64,000 nt of DNA, taken from positions 1-64,000 of the IMG/VR virus record IMGVR_UViG_3300020365_000010. The stretch is one strand, 5' to 3'. Made by a program: the position numbers and the translations under genes. Under the pieces are notes generated by a model. That model was not told the DNA's origin and did no database searches. It saw only the letters and a list, made by a program, of their open reading frames with translations. Origin of the DNA: a virus (taxonomy: Duplodnaviria; Caudoviricetes). Below, piece by piece: positions 25,839-40,800 of the stretch (within the stretch, counting starts at the first letter, position 1; each line of letters begins with the position of its first letter).

Positions 25839-28800
25839 ATGCAAAACAAAAACATTAACGTATCTGATCGCGTCGAAGGTCAACTACCTGAGTTTATCAG
25901 GGAAGAAGATCAGCAGTTTGTCAACTTTCTCTTCGAGTATTACAAGTCTCAGGAGAAAACAGGCAGACCGTATGATATCCTCAATAACCTTCTCAATTAT
26001 CTCGACTTAGACGAGTATAATACAGAGCAGCTTTCTAGCAGCACACAACTGCTTTCTAATGTAGGTCTTTCTGAAGACAAACTGGAAGTAGAATCGATTG
26101 ATGGTTTCTTGGATCAGAATGGATCCATCATGATCGATAATGAAGTCATGTATTACGAGTCTGTGACTCGTGGTCCTGATGCTATTATCACTCCTGGCGT
26201 ATCTATCGCTCAGTTTGATAAGAAGAAACAACAACTGGAAAATCCTTTTACACTGTTCGATGGTGTAAGGACATCTTTCCCCCTGAGTTTCCTTGGCACT
26301 CCCACTTCACCCCCAAGTGCTGAGCATCTCCTTGTAATCACTTACAACTACTTCAATATCCCTGGGGTTGACTACTACCTTGAGGGAGATGAGATTCGTT
26401 TCACCAATCCACCCCGTGAAAGGACTGGTGTTGACAATTCAGACTTTACTCAGATCATTTATCTGGTTGGTTATGCAAACCAACCTATTTTGACGTTGGA
26501 TGCTGTCCCCTATACCGAGTGGGAAGGTGGACATGAGTATCCAATGCGTCTCAATACTCAGGCATACCGCCCAACGTCGGAAATTGGTCTGATTATTCAT
26601 AAGAATGGCAGACTGCTGAAACCTTACGAAGATTATTCAATCTTTGAAGATACTCTTATCTTTGATTCAGTGTTGGGTGCTGCTGATGTCATCCATATTA
26701 GATCTGTTGAATATATTGCACCTGCATATGGATCTGGTGCTGATGCTATTGTCCAGGTAGCAGAAAGTGGTGCTATCTCTCGTCTGATCCCCAAGTCAGG
26801 TGGTAGTGGTTATCGTTTGGACTTTAATCCAAAAGTTGCCGTCATCTCAAAAACGGGTGAAGGTGCAACTGCCAAGTCTCTGATTGGCGGTATCAAAGAT
26901 ATTCGTCTTATTGATGGTGGTCAGGGTTATTCTTCATACAACCCACCTATTCCCATCATCGCTGAGCCTGTAAATAGCAGCGGCAGTAATGCTGTTCTGT
27001 CTCTGACTGTTGATGACGTTACAGGACAAGTTGATTCTATTACCATCGAGAATTCTGGTAGTGGATATGACTTCATCCCTGCTATTACATTTAGAAACCC
27101 CAGTGGTGCTGAAATTGGACAACCTCAGATTGACTCCGAGGGTAGATTGGTTGCCAATAGCATTGCTGTAACTGAAATGGGTTTTGGATACTCAAATCCT
27201 CCCATTGTATACATTGATCCTGCTCCCGAAGATGGTATCAACGCTGCAGCAGTTTCTAGAATCAACCAAGACGGTCAGGTCTACGAAATCCTGATCACAA
27301 ATAGAGGTAGAGGGTATCTTACCCCTCCTAGAGTCCGTATTATCCAACCTGTGGGCGCACAGGTGCTTGACGTGACCGTTGCATCGGGATCTGTCACTAA
27401 TATCGAGATGTTGACGGGTGGAAAGGGTTATACCGACGCTCCTTCAGTTTATATTGTTGATGATCGCAAAGATGCTTACGGTGAGCCTATTGGCGGCACA
27501 GGAGCAGAAGCAATTGCAACGATCTTCAATGGTGAGATCACTGACATCAACGTTGTCAACTTTGGCGAAGGATATTCGAGCGAATTCCCACCTAAGATCT
27601 ACATTGCTGAGCCCAAGTCTGCTAGAGCATCTGTAGATGTTGGATATGATGAAGTCACAGGTTTTGACATCATTGAGCGTGGTGCAGGTTACTCACCTTC
27701 GGCATTCTTGGGTGTTTCTCGTGGTGTATCTGGTCCTGTTGGATATGATCAACTCCACAACGAAATCTATGCTGGTGAGTCTGCTCTGAGGCAGTCCACA
27801 CACCCTGAGGGGTCTGTTGTAACTAATTTGGACTCTCTCTTCCTGAGAGAAGTCTTTGATAAGTTTAGAAGACAATTCCTGCCCACTATTGATGTTGACT
27901 TTGCTAAGGTCAACCCTGTCCAGGTCATTAAGACCATTAAAGACTTCTATATCTCAAAAGGCACCGAGCTCGCTACTCAGTATCTGTTTAAGATCCTGTT
28001 TGGTGAAGAAATCTCTATCTTCTATCCTAAAGATGAGATTATCAGTCCTTCCCATGCAACTTGGGTGGTTGACACTGTGTTGCGTGCTGAGTTGCTCGAA
28101 GGCGACCCAAGTAATCTGATTGACTCTCAGTTGAATCAGTATGCTGACCCTGTTGACCAGAATATCAAGGCAGCATCTGCTCTGATTGAAAATGTCATCA
28201 CTATTATTGAAGGAACTGACACAATCTACGAATTGGCAATCTCAGAAGAGACTCTGAGTGGCGAATTCAAGATTCCTTATAAAACTACCTTGGTAGAGCC
28301 TCTGACTACTGATGGTCAGATCATTACTGTTGACTCTACTATCGGATGGCCAGAAAGAAACGGCACAATCCGTATTAACGACCAGGAAGAGGTCCAGTAT
28401 AAGGAAAAATCACTCAACCAGTTTATTGAATGCACCAGAAGCAAAAATGGTGTTGTTGAGGACTGGGATCCTGGCACTGTGGTCCAATCTGACATCTTTG
28501 TGTATGTCAACAGAGGCACAGACCAAGAATGTAAGATGCGTGTCTTGGGTATTGCTGAAGCAGGCACTACCGTCCTGGATGACACTGGATCTTACTACAT
28601 TCAGGGTGACAAACTGAAAGTTGCTAACCTGGGATCGACAGCACTCGATGAGAGACTGTCTTCTTGGTTGTATAACGTCAAGAAACTCATTCAAGTTGAT
28701 CGCATTGAGTCTGGTGGTGTTAATAACCAGACTGCAACTGTTTATTGTAATAATCCTCACGGTCTGCTGGTTTCTGATCAGGTGACGATCTATGGTGCAA

Positions 28801-31800
28801 ACCCCGTTGTGTATAACGGCACCTTTACCGTCACATCTCGTATTGACCCCCTGACCTTCTCATATCAACTGAATACACCTACCGATATTATCCCTCAAGG
28901 TAATATCCTGTTGTCAGTTGACCTCAATAGAGGTAAGTCAGATCAAGCATCTATTGATAAAGTTGTAAGTGAGTTTACGACTAACATCCAAAACTCCTTC
29001 TTTAATGATGAGTATGTGTATGTGGCAGCATCTGGTCTGCCCAACTACAAGATCGGTCCCTTTACAGGATCGGCACTGATTCCTGGCAACCAGCGTAAAC
29101 TGCTGAGATTCCCTAGAGATGTCCAGACTATTTCCGAACGTCAGAATGTTGCTGCGAATTCACCAATTGGTGCATGGATCAATGGTGTCTCTATCTGGTC
29201 ATATAAGTCTTCTGAGTATGTCCAATTTGGACCTCTGACTGGTATCGCAGTAACTAACAAAGGTGAAAACTATGATGCTGGTAACAAACCTGCCCTAGAG
29301 ATTACTGGTGGCGGTGGTAGTGGTGCTGCTGGCGAAGTTGTTGTTAATGGTAGTCTGACATCATTTACTGTTACTAACCAAGGTAGTGGTTATACCGAGT
29401 CTCCTCTGGTTTCTATCGTTGGTGGCGGTGGTAGTGGTGCAACTGCACAAGCAGTTATCACTGGCGGTCGTGTTACTAGAATTCTGGTTGAGCAGCAAGG
29501 TAGTGGTTATGATTCGCAACCTAGTGTTGCTATTACTGGTGGTGGTGGACAAGGTGCAACAGCAGTTGCTAACGTCCGTGGTCCTATCTCTGGTGTTAAT
29601 ATCACTAACTTTGGCACAGGATATACTTCAGATCCTGAGGTCAGAGTCAACTCTGGTGAAGGTGCTTTGGCACAACCCATTGTGATCAATGGTCGTATTG
29701 TTTCTATCGCTATTATTAACTCTGGTAGTGGATATACCACACCACCTAATGTAATCATCAATGGTGATGGTTTTGGTGCTATTGGTCAAGCAACTATCGG
29801 CACAACTGGTGAAGATAAAGGTCGTGTGCTGTCTGTGACTATCACAAACAGAGGTGTTGGTTATACTCAAGGTAATACTACTGTTAGATTGGAAGCTATT
29901 GGTGAAAGAGCAACTTTCACTCCCGAAGTCTTCAAGTGGAATAGAAACCTTCAGTATGATCTTGTCAATAAGTATGACTTTGCAAGAGGTTATGTCTTCA
30001 CTGGTTATAACAACCAGTTTGGTGGTGAGTATGCTCACCTGAGTGATCCTAAAGAGTTGCGTTATGTGGTTGGTGACAACGTATTCCTTGATCCTGTAAC
30101 CCAGCAATTCAAAGAGCTTGAAACCAACTTCAGACACTCACCTATCATCGGTTGGGCGTTTGATGGTAACCCCATTTATGGTCCTTATGGTTATATTGAT
30201 CCCACTGACCAAAACAGTGGAATCAGAAGACTGCGTACTTCTTATAAACTGAAAGATAACGTAGTTTACGATGAGTCAACCAATCCAAACCCAGCTCGTG
30301 TAGATGGTCCTGCAATTGCAACTTACCCTGCTGGATCGTTTGTAGCAGACTACACCTATGACTTCCAGTCTGGTGACCTTGACAACTATAACGGACGTTT
30401 CTGTAAGACACCTGAATACCCCGATGGCACTTACGCATATTTTATCACAATTGATGCGTCAGAATCTGGTGTTGCAGAATTCCCATACATTATTGGACCT
30501 CAATTTAACTCACTGCCCGATAACTGGAATTTCGATCAAGCAGCAACACAGGAAAACATTCCTGCTGACGTTGTAAGATATAGAGATCCCTATGTTGACG
30601 TTGATATCGACATTGATCGTCAACCTAACCAAGAAGCAGATGTCCTGACGACTGAAGTTGAAGGATATCCCATCATCTTTGAGATCCAAGATAGCAACAA
30701 TGATGGTCTGATTGATGCTCTGGAGCAGCAAGAGATCCTTGAGATGTCTGAAGAGGCAACTCTGCAGATCTATGACTACTTCCCTCAGGTTTCTGAAGAA
30801 TCTAGAGTTGACATCGAAGTTGAGACAACTACTCAGTTTGAGAATGCTCAGATTGATGGTTTCGTGATTGAAAACCCTGGTGAGTCTTATCAGGTTAATG
30901 ATACTGTCTTCTTCGACAATGAAGGCACTGGTGGATTCGGTGCATCTGCAATTATCGACTCTGTTAAGGGTCAGAATATCCTTGGTTATACCAAGGAGAT
31001 GATTGGTGATCGTCCTTACGGCGTTATTACTACTGATATCGAGCACGAGTTGCGTCCTCAAGACGTTATCATCGTCAACTCACGCCCCATTACTGACAAT
31101 ACCAATAAGTCATTCAAAGTTAAGGTTGTTGCTGGTATTGAGCGTATTCGTGTCCTGCAAGAAGGTATTGGATACAACGCTGACATTCCTCCTACCTTTG
31201 AATTGATTACAACTCAAGGTCAGGATGGTGTGCTGCGTCTGAATCTCCAGAATACTGGTCAAGTCCAGACTGCAGACATCATTAACTCTGGTAATGGATA
31301 TGATCCTGAGAATCCTCCTCAGATTCGTGTTTCGCATCCTCAGCAGTTTAAGAAGACTCGTTATTGGATTACTGACTATCTGGAAGCAGCAGGTAGAATC
31401 ACCATTAACGATATGGTCCAGTCTTCTACTCGCTATACCTATGTTTGCGGTAGCATTACTGAGCCTGATGCCGATCAAGCAGCATTCCTTGCCAAGTTTG
31501 ATGACCTGGGTCAGTTGATCTGGGATCGCACCCTCATTCCTCAGAATGCTAACCAGAAGCGTGCTGAATTCATGAGAATGACTCTTGATGAGTCACAAGA
31601 AAACGACCTCATTTATGTAACAGGCCAAACATACCAACCTGACGCCGATACCTTTAACCCTGACATCTGGATGGGTCTGTATGAGTCTGGTTTCGATAAT
31701 GCTGCTGCCCCCGCAGGTATTCTGAAGTGGCAGAGAGCAATTGGTGGTATCTCTGGTAGCACAAGACGTGATTATGTTACTTCTATCCGTCTTGACCAAG

Positions 31801-34800
31801 AGAAGCAGATCTATCTTGCTGGTTATACCGATTCTAACTCACCTGATCCTTATGATATGTGGGTTATCCAGTGTAACCCCGAAGGTGACCTCGTAGAGAA
31901 GCGTAAGATTGCTTCTGAGGATGGATCTGAGAAGATTAGTCAGATTGAGTGGATTTCTAACGATCGTTTCCTGTTTATCGGTGAAAACGAAGAAAACAAC
32001 GACTGCATCTTCGGTGTATTCTTCTACGATGGTGCAAACATCGAGATTGACTACATTCGCCAGATCCCTGTGGTTGGTGGATACGTCAGAGACCCAGAAA
32101 TGGCATTTGACGAGTATGGTGATGCTGTTATTGTCTGGAATGTTTACAATAACGCTGCTGCTAAGTATGACAAGATCCAAGTCAGCAAATTCCCTTATGC
32201 AAGTGCAAATACTGGTTGGGAATGGACTAAGACTCTGACTGTCAGTGGCGATTTCCGCTCAATCAAGCACGCTGGTGTTTCTGTTGATGTATTTGGCAAT
32301 TATACTGTTGTTGCCGACGTTGATGCTTCTGAAAACGAAAGATATGCTCTGATTGAGTATATGAAGTATGACGGCACCATCATTACCGAAACTAAGGTTG
32401 CTGATCCTGGAAATATCGGTTTCCAAGCGAAAAGACACGTTGTTGACAACTCTGGTGACTGCATTATTGGTGCAGACCGTCGTCAGAGCGATCAACTTGC
32501 TGCATTCCGCTTTAATGACCCCAATAATAGTCTTGACTTCACTAAGCAAGACACTGCAACTATTGTTTACTCAGATCCTGGAAATACTTCTAACGATACC
32601 TCGATTTATCGTTTTGGTAGCGGATCTCTGAAACTTCAGGCACCTGCACCTGTTGCTTACACTGGTTTCAACCAAGAAACTCAAGAATGGAGTTTCAGAG
32701 CATGGTTTGCAATGAATAGCACTGCACATGGCACAAACCATGAGCCTGTCCTGTTTGATATCAATCCTACCGCTGGTAACCCCATCAGAGTGTCGATTGA
32801 TGGTGATACAACGTCTCCTAACTATGAGCGTGTCATTCTTTATGTAAATAACGTCCAAGCAGCAACTTCTACCACTGTTGCTAACTGGACAGCGTTTGCT
32901 GGCACCTCTTGGGTCCATGTGACTTTCCAAAAGCGTGAAGAGTCCTTGGGTCTGTATCGTTATGAAGTATTCTTGAATGGAGTCCAACAGATCTCCTATC
33001 AGTCTACAGATGACATCTATTTTGATGATCTGTCACTTGCAGGTCCTCAAACTGCTCCTGGTGCTTCAAACTGCTTCATTGGTAACATTGATGATCTGGT
33101 TATTGATGATTTTGCTCCATATGAAGGTGGATCTTATACAGTCCCAACTTCCGAGATTGCAATCACCACTTCCTTCTCAGATGTAACTCTTGTTAAGTTT
33201 GACAGACTTCATACTAATGAAGGTAACACATATACACTGACAAACGTCAGAAATCATGGATCTATTGCATTTACTGATGCAGAGACCCTTACAGTGTGGT
33301 ATACACTCAATATGCCCGCTCTGAGTGCCTGGGAGGTCGGTCCTGGCGGTTTGCAGATCCTCGACATGTCTCAGACCTTCTCTACGCTGAATCCTGGCAC
33401 TTATACCTTCAGCAGCCAAAGAGACTCTTATGCATCTAAGACATCTACAATTCCTTCACCTCTCGGCAAGAAATTCCTGATTGAAGCGGATGTTGTCAAT
33501 AAATTCTACATGCGTGATGCATTGTATCAGAAGATTGACAATGTGCTTGACTTTACTTTCAATCAAGACGTAAAACTCACCAAAGGGTCGATTCTACAAC
33601 AATTCAACGAGGCTGGTGTAACCCAGGCATATGGCACGATTGTAAACGTCCCCGCAGGCACTTTGGAGAATCCTGGTGTCGGCACTACTTATGAAGTCGG
33701 TAAAATCTTCGGCACCTTCAATAATACTGATAGATTCCGCACAACTGCTGGAGATGTCAATGAAATTGCTGGTGAATACTTCGATAGCGAAGAACCTGAG
33801 TCACCTTGGCAAGCAGCAACAGCATACGTTGCACAAGACCGAGTTTACTATCAGAAGCGTATTTATGAAGCACAGGGGTCAGGCACCTCTGGCACAATCC
33901 CTCCAACCCACGGTGCTGGTGTTGTAAGCGATGGTGTTATCAACTGGGCATTTATTGACGATGCAGGTAAGTTTGATGTTGATCTGACTCAACATCCCTA
34001 TCCTCGTCCTCAATACATCGGTAATGACATGCCCGAGTGGCTGCCTCATCGTTTGTATGCTGTTGGACAGAAAGTTTGGTATCGTCTCAACGTTTATGAG
34101 GTAGCACCTAGCGGTGGTGGTGTTACTACGACCACACCTCCTACTCATACCACTGGTGACGTTTCTGACGGCACTGTGACCTGGAGATTCGTAGAAACCA
34201 GAGAAGCGATCAGTCAATACGCTCGTTTCATGGAATATGACCTGGGCAATCACTATCAGGTCAGAATCGAAGAAATTCACCCTGGATCTCAGTATATTGT
34301 CGGTGACGTTGTTTCTCTTAGAGAAAACAATATTGAGTTGGCAGAAGATGAAAAGAGTGTCAAGATCGTAGGATTTGCTTCAGTTAAGAAGATTCGCGTC
34401 ACTGCTCAACTTGAGAAAGACATTATTCGCACTGCATCTGCTCGCACCGAGTTTGTGTATTGCACATCGAATTCACCTCACTTCTACAATGTGGGTGACA
34501 TTATCTACACTGAAGGTTTCCAAGGCACACAATTCAACGGATCTTTCTTCATTGATCAAGTCCTTGGCACCAGAGAGTTTACATTTGCTATTCGTGACCT
34601 TGCAAGTGCTAATCCAACCTTCAATCAAAATGCTATTGCAAGTGTCAACATCTATGCTAAGCATCCCACTCTGGTATTCACTAGAGATCACCAATACATC
34701 TTTGACCTGAGTGACACTTCTAACTTCGGTTATTATCTGTCATTCTCTCAGGATAACCAGTATAAACTGGAATACTCCTTTAATAACATTGTTAGAGAAG

Positions 34801-37800
34801 GCACTCCTGGTATCAACGCAACAGGGTCAAATGCTCCCTTTGTGAAATTCTCAGTGTTGGGTGATGTGACAAACATCTCCTACTACTTCGATCCTTCACG
34901 CACAGGTGATGATTCTCCTGTGGGCAGCAACTCCTTCATTGATGTCATCAAGACACCTTATGATGGTAGATTTACCGTCAGTGAAGTTGTTACTGACTTC
35001 CAATTCAAATTCCCCCTGCTCAAAGAGCCTGAGAAGAATTCTGCTGAGGTAATTACTGACGAGTTTGATAAACCATACTCTTTCTATTCAACGACTTCTA
35101 CCAGAGCAATTGGTCCTATCAACACCATCAAACTGGTGTCTCCTGGTGGTTTCTATCAGAAACTGCCTATCATTAACGATATTGCATCTTTCCGTCAAAT
35201 TGAGAAGATCATCATCAATGATGGTGGCACGGAATATGCACCTGGCATCTACTATGACGTGGCTATCGATGGTGATGGTGAAGGTGCAAAAGCAACCGTT
35301 ACTGTTGAGTTGGACGACGAAGTTGGATCTGGCACCATTAGCAACATTAGTGTTGCTGACCCTGGTAAAGGATATACCACTGCAACTATCGACATTGATG
35401 CTATTCCTGGCATCCTCGGTGCAACTCTTGCTGGATCTGGTGCATCAGCATCAGTCATCATTCCTGCAGAAGGCACTGGTGCATCAGTCTTCCTGACTGG
35501 TAGAAATATCGGTAAGATCAAGAGACTGAAGAATAATGAATTTGGTTTCGGTTACTCTCATGACTACACTCTGAGACCTGAAATCACATTCCCAGTCAAC
35601 CTGCAACTCTTCAATACTTCTATCCTGTCTGAGATCAAGATCACAGATCCTGGTAGTGGTTATACCTCAACTCCTGCTGTCGTCATCGAAGGTGGTGGTG
35701 GCACAGGTGCTGAGGCAGTAGCAGTTGTCAAAAACAACCGTCTGAGTGAAATTCAGATCAAGAATCCTGGTGCTGGTTACTCATCCGAGCCTACAGTCAC
35801 CCTGAAGTCTGAGTTTAACTACGTTGTCAACCTTGACCTCAACTATCTGCAGTTTAACTTCCCTCATGGCATCACCACTGGTGCTGCTATCCAATTCCGC
35901 TCTGACGATGTTGGTAGCACTGTGGGTGAGTTGCCTAAGCCCAGTAGCGCAGGTTTGACCACCTTGGTTGAAGGTCAGATCTACTATGCAATTGCTGGTA
36001 ATGAAAGTGGTCTGGAAAATGACCAGATTAGATTTGGTCTGACACCTCAGTCTGCTGCAGCAGGTGATTACATCACCTTCTTGACTCAGGGTAGTGGTCG
36101 TCAGGTGCTTCTGACCGAAGTCTTTGGTGGTAAAGCAGAAGCAATCGTTGAGACCTCTCGCTTCCTGGAAGGTGAGACGGTATTCCAAGGTCCTAACGTT
36201 GAGCAAGCAACTGCAACTGGCACAGTTTCAACTAACACTGGTTGGCAGATTGGTCCTAAGATTCTTAAGATCGTTGACTATGATGGCGACTGGTTGGCAG
36301 GTGAAAAAGTCACAGGCACCATCTCTAAGGCATCTGGTCTGATTGATAACCTGAGCATTGCTCGTGGTGTGCTGAATATCGGATCTTTGACCAAGACTCC
36401 TGGTAGATTTATCGATGACGTTGGTAAGCCTTCTGAGATTGTCCAGAAGATTCAAGACTCCTTCTTCTATCAAAACTTCTCTTACGTCATTAAGTCTGAG
36501 ACTCCTATCTCTAACTGGAAAACTCAGGTCCTGGAGAATAACCACGCTGCTGGTTTCGCACTCTTCGGTCAACTGCAACTGACTGGTGGTAAGGACGTGT
36601 CTGGTCGTAAGATCGGCACCGAATTCACCAAGCAGGTGAATATCAACAACTACAGTAACGTCAACCAGATCACCTCTTTCGGTGCAGCACAACCTATCTA
36701 CACCGACTTCAATAATACTGAGGTGCTCTTCCGTAAGAAGCGTCTTACCTCTTCTGAGGAAATTCTGACTTCTATCGTTAAGAAACTGGATAACGTTTCT
36801 GACAGATTCAACGGTATCGACAAGCAATTCCCCATCACAGTTGAGGGTGAGCAAGTTATCGTTAACCAGAATCAGTTGATGATCACCATCAACGGTGTGA
36901 TTCAGGCACCTGGCGATTCCTATCAGGTGGTTGGTGGTAACCTCGTATTCTCTGAGGCACCCAGACCTGCATCTAAGGTCAACTACAGAATTATCGAAGT
37001 TACACCTACTCCAATTTACAGAATCAATCTGTATTCTGGTCAGGCAGGTATTCCTAACTACGGTATCTTCCCCACCCTGGGTCAGCAGATCCAAGGCGAA
37101 AACTCTGATGCATTTGCAACTGTTATTGACTCTGGCACCAACCACTTGGATGTTATTAACATCACTGGCGGTCCTTTCGAGTTGAATGAAGAGATTGTCC
37201 GTGGCACTCTCTTCTCTGCACTGGTCCAATCCGTTGATCTGCTCAATACTGACACCATCTTCCAATTCGGTGAGTCGATTACAAACCTGGAAGGTGACAC
37301 TGCGATCATCGAAGAGACTAACCTTGTTGATGGTGTTATCAGCGATCGTCTGGTTGTTAGTAAGACTTCTGGCACCGCCAAGTATGAAACTGGTATCTTT
37401 GACCTGAAACTGAATGAGTTTATCTATTCTGCTAAGTCTAAGATTGCTGGTCAGATTACATTCATCTCACCTTATGTTGATCCTGTAACTTCCGATATCG
37501 TTACTGAGTTGGAGATCAACCCTGGATCCACATTCTACGGTCTGCTGTTTGAGCGTCTGGTTAGCATTACTAATCCTAACGTTATTCTGGATGATATCTC
37601 TAAGTCTTCTATCACTCCTACTGAGTTGTATAACGATGAAGAGCGTATCAATGCTGACTTCCTCGATTTTGAAGAAGTCAGAAGCACTGAAGTTACTTAC
37701 ACTGATCTGACTGGTGGCACTATTGCTGAAGGCGATGTCATCAAGAATAGAAGAGTTTTCTATGGCAACCCAACCTCTGCATATCATGGCACTGCAGGCA

Positions 37801-40800
37801 ATAGATTCTATGATGCTGCAACTCGTATCAGAGAGAATAAGCAGCAACTGATTGATTGGGGCGATGCTGAGATCGTCGTTGAGCATCCTGACTTCTACTA
37901 TCCTGGAGACATCCAGACAAATGAGTGGAGTAGATTTGCTGATGCACATCGCTTCATCCAGAAGAATAGACAATACATCGCTGCTAAGGCATACGATGAT
38001 ATGAAGGCACAATTCCCTTCATTCACCGATCCCAATCCCGCTAAGTGTAAGCGTGACATGGAGATCTTCATGGAGTCTCTGGGTGCTGACATCTATCGCG
38101 GTGGTAACGTCTACATCCGCAAATTTACCCAACAGTATTTCGATAGTACTGGTGCTCTAGTTTATGTGGATGGCGAGACACTTGAAACTCGTTTTGCATA
38201 TGAGAAAGTCAAGGATTATGTCCTGCTTGCTATCACCAATAACCTGAGTGGTCAGTATACTGCTCTCCATGGTCCTGACGCTGGCACTGTATATGATGCA
38301 TATCAAGATCTGACCATCACTGCTGACCAATCACCTAACGATGACTACGGCACTGCTGGTAGCAACACCGACAACACCGATCCTGACGGTTGCTCTGATG
38401 TCCAAGATGCTCTGACAACTCTGTGGGAGATTGTTGATGAGGCACTGACAAATGGCACTCTGTCTGAGTTGCCCGATGAGCAAGTTGGCACTTACTCTCC
38501 TGGTCAGGTCAAGTGTCGTCGTGACGCTGGTCTGTTTGTCGATGCTCTGGCAAATGACGTTGCACAAGGTGGCAACTTCAACATTGTAGAATTCACCAAG
38601 TCATACTTTGATGGTGCTGGTGTCCCTCTGACGAATGGTCTGGTTGGCGAGACTGCTGAGTCAATCACTGTCTTCAATAAGATCCGTGACCTGGCATACA
38701 GAGCAATCAACAACCTGCTGTATGACAAGGATCTTGAGATTCTCTACGATCCTCTGACCTATGGTGGCACTGCTCCTGGTCAACTGTATGATGCAAACTA
38801 TGCAAATGGTAACAACCAGGATATCAACAACTGTGCTGATGTCCGTGCTTACATTGCAACCCTGACAGATATTGCTACTGTTGCAATTGCTGCTGGTAAC
38901 CTCAATAACGTCAACGCTCTGGCATCTGTCAGCGACGGCACATATGTTGACGGTGAGACAATCCGCACAGCGAAGATTGCATATGACGATAAGTCTTCTG
39001 GTCTGTTTGTCCTCGGTCAGCAAATCCGAGGCGTTACCTCAGGTGCAGTCTTTGAAGCCGTTGGCGTCAACTCTGGTCTGAAGTGGATCTTTGCTGGTCC
39101 TATCACAGGCACTCTGCAAGAAGGTGAGTTGCTTACCAACTCAACTCTGGCAAATCAGGGTAACGTTGTCCAAACCAAGGTCAACAAGTATTTCAGACTC
39201 GATGGGCAAAAGGCACTTTCCTTCCCACAAGCAGGTTATCTGGTTGCTGCAGATTCTTACGATTATGCATTCGGCACTGCAGATGACTTCACTATCGAAG
39301 GTTGGTGGGCAGCTGCAGGAGTAACTGGCACACAAACTCTGGTTGACTTGCGTCGTAACGATGTAAACGTTGGTCTGCGCCTGGTAATGGATGGCAGCAC
39401 CCTCAGAGTTTACAACGGCACTACTCAGTTGATCTCTGGTGGCACTATCACTGCAACTCTCTGGCAGCATATTGCTCTGGTGAGAAACAACAATGTCCTC
39501 CAGTTGTATGTGGATGGCACTCAGGTTGGCAGCAACTATGTTGATACCAATGACTACCTGTATACCAAGGTAACTATCGGTGCTGACTTCAACGCAGCAA
39601 CTGGATACACTGGTTTCCTTGATAACTTCTTTATCAACAACAAGCAAGGTCTGTATACTCAGTCCTTCATCCCTGCCACACAGGTTGATTACACTAATGA
39701 CAACATTGTCTTGGGTCTTAATGGTGAGGGCGACTTCATCTGCTCCACGACTGAGACATTTGCAACCTTCACTGGATCTCGCACCTCGTCGGCAACTGCT
39801 AAGGTCATTGACTACGAAACTAAGTCTCTGATCATCAAGGATGTTGATCTGGGTAGAGCAGAGCAAAGAAGATGTGCAGACATCATTGAATTGAATGATG
39901 CATGGATTGCTGAAGAGGCAGTCGGAATGATGAAGGCACAATTCCCCGACTTCATCATGCCTGGTGATGATCCTGCTAACAACTCTTACGGTGGCACAAA
40001 CTACTGTCTGCGTGATACCAAGGATTACATCATTGGTGCATTGATTAAGGACCTCAGAGAAGGTGGTAACTATCACACTCTGTATACCGCTCGCACATAC
40101 CTGGAAGCATCAGGAAAACTGAAGCACGTTGGTAATGAGATTCTGCAGACCCTTTACACATGGGATGTGGTTGGTGACATCATCAACACTGTAATTACAA
40201 CCACAAGTCTGGATCTGACAGGAGCTTACAGTGAGAAACTGAGAATTCCTAACAACTTCTCCTCACCTGCGTCACAATCAGTCCAAGATGAAATTCGTGC
40301 TCTGATTGATGATCTCCTGCAAGTCCTTGCACCAACCCGTAATGGATTCAAGGATTCTGGTGTCCTCATCTGGAAAAACCGCGATTACATCGCAGAAGAA
40401 GTTGTTGGTTACCTCAATGACAAGTATACCAAGGACATTGATGGCACAGAGACCAACTTCCTCATCATGCCTGGTGCAGGTAGCTCTGGATGTATTGATG
40501 ACATCAAGAATTATATTCTCCCTGGTATTATCGGTGACCTTGTTACAGGGGGCACTTACAACACCAAGGCAGTAATCGACAACTATCTTGACTCTCAGGA
40601 TAATATCCTGCACGTTGAGCATGAGTTGAATCCCATGCTGGACGCCTTTGCATACGCTAAATTCCTGTGCTTGAAAGCAGCAAACAACATGCTGGTTTCT
40701 CCTAATACCACAGTTGCTGAATTGGGTGTGCCCGCTTGGGTCCAAAATGGCGATTACTACGAGCCTCTCTATACCACCAGATCAGCATATCGCGATGACA

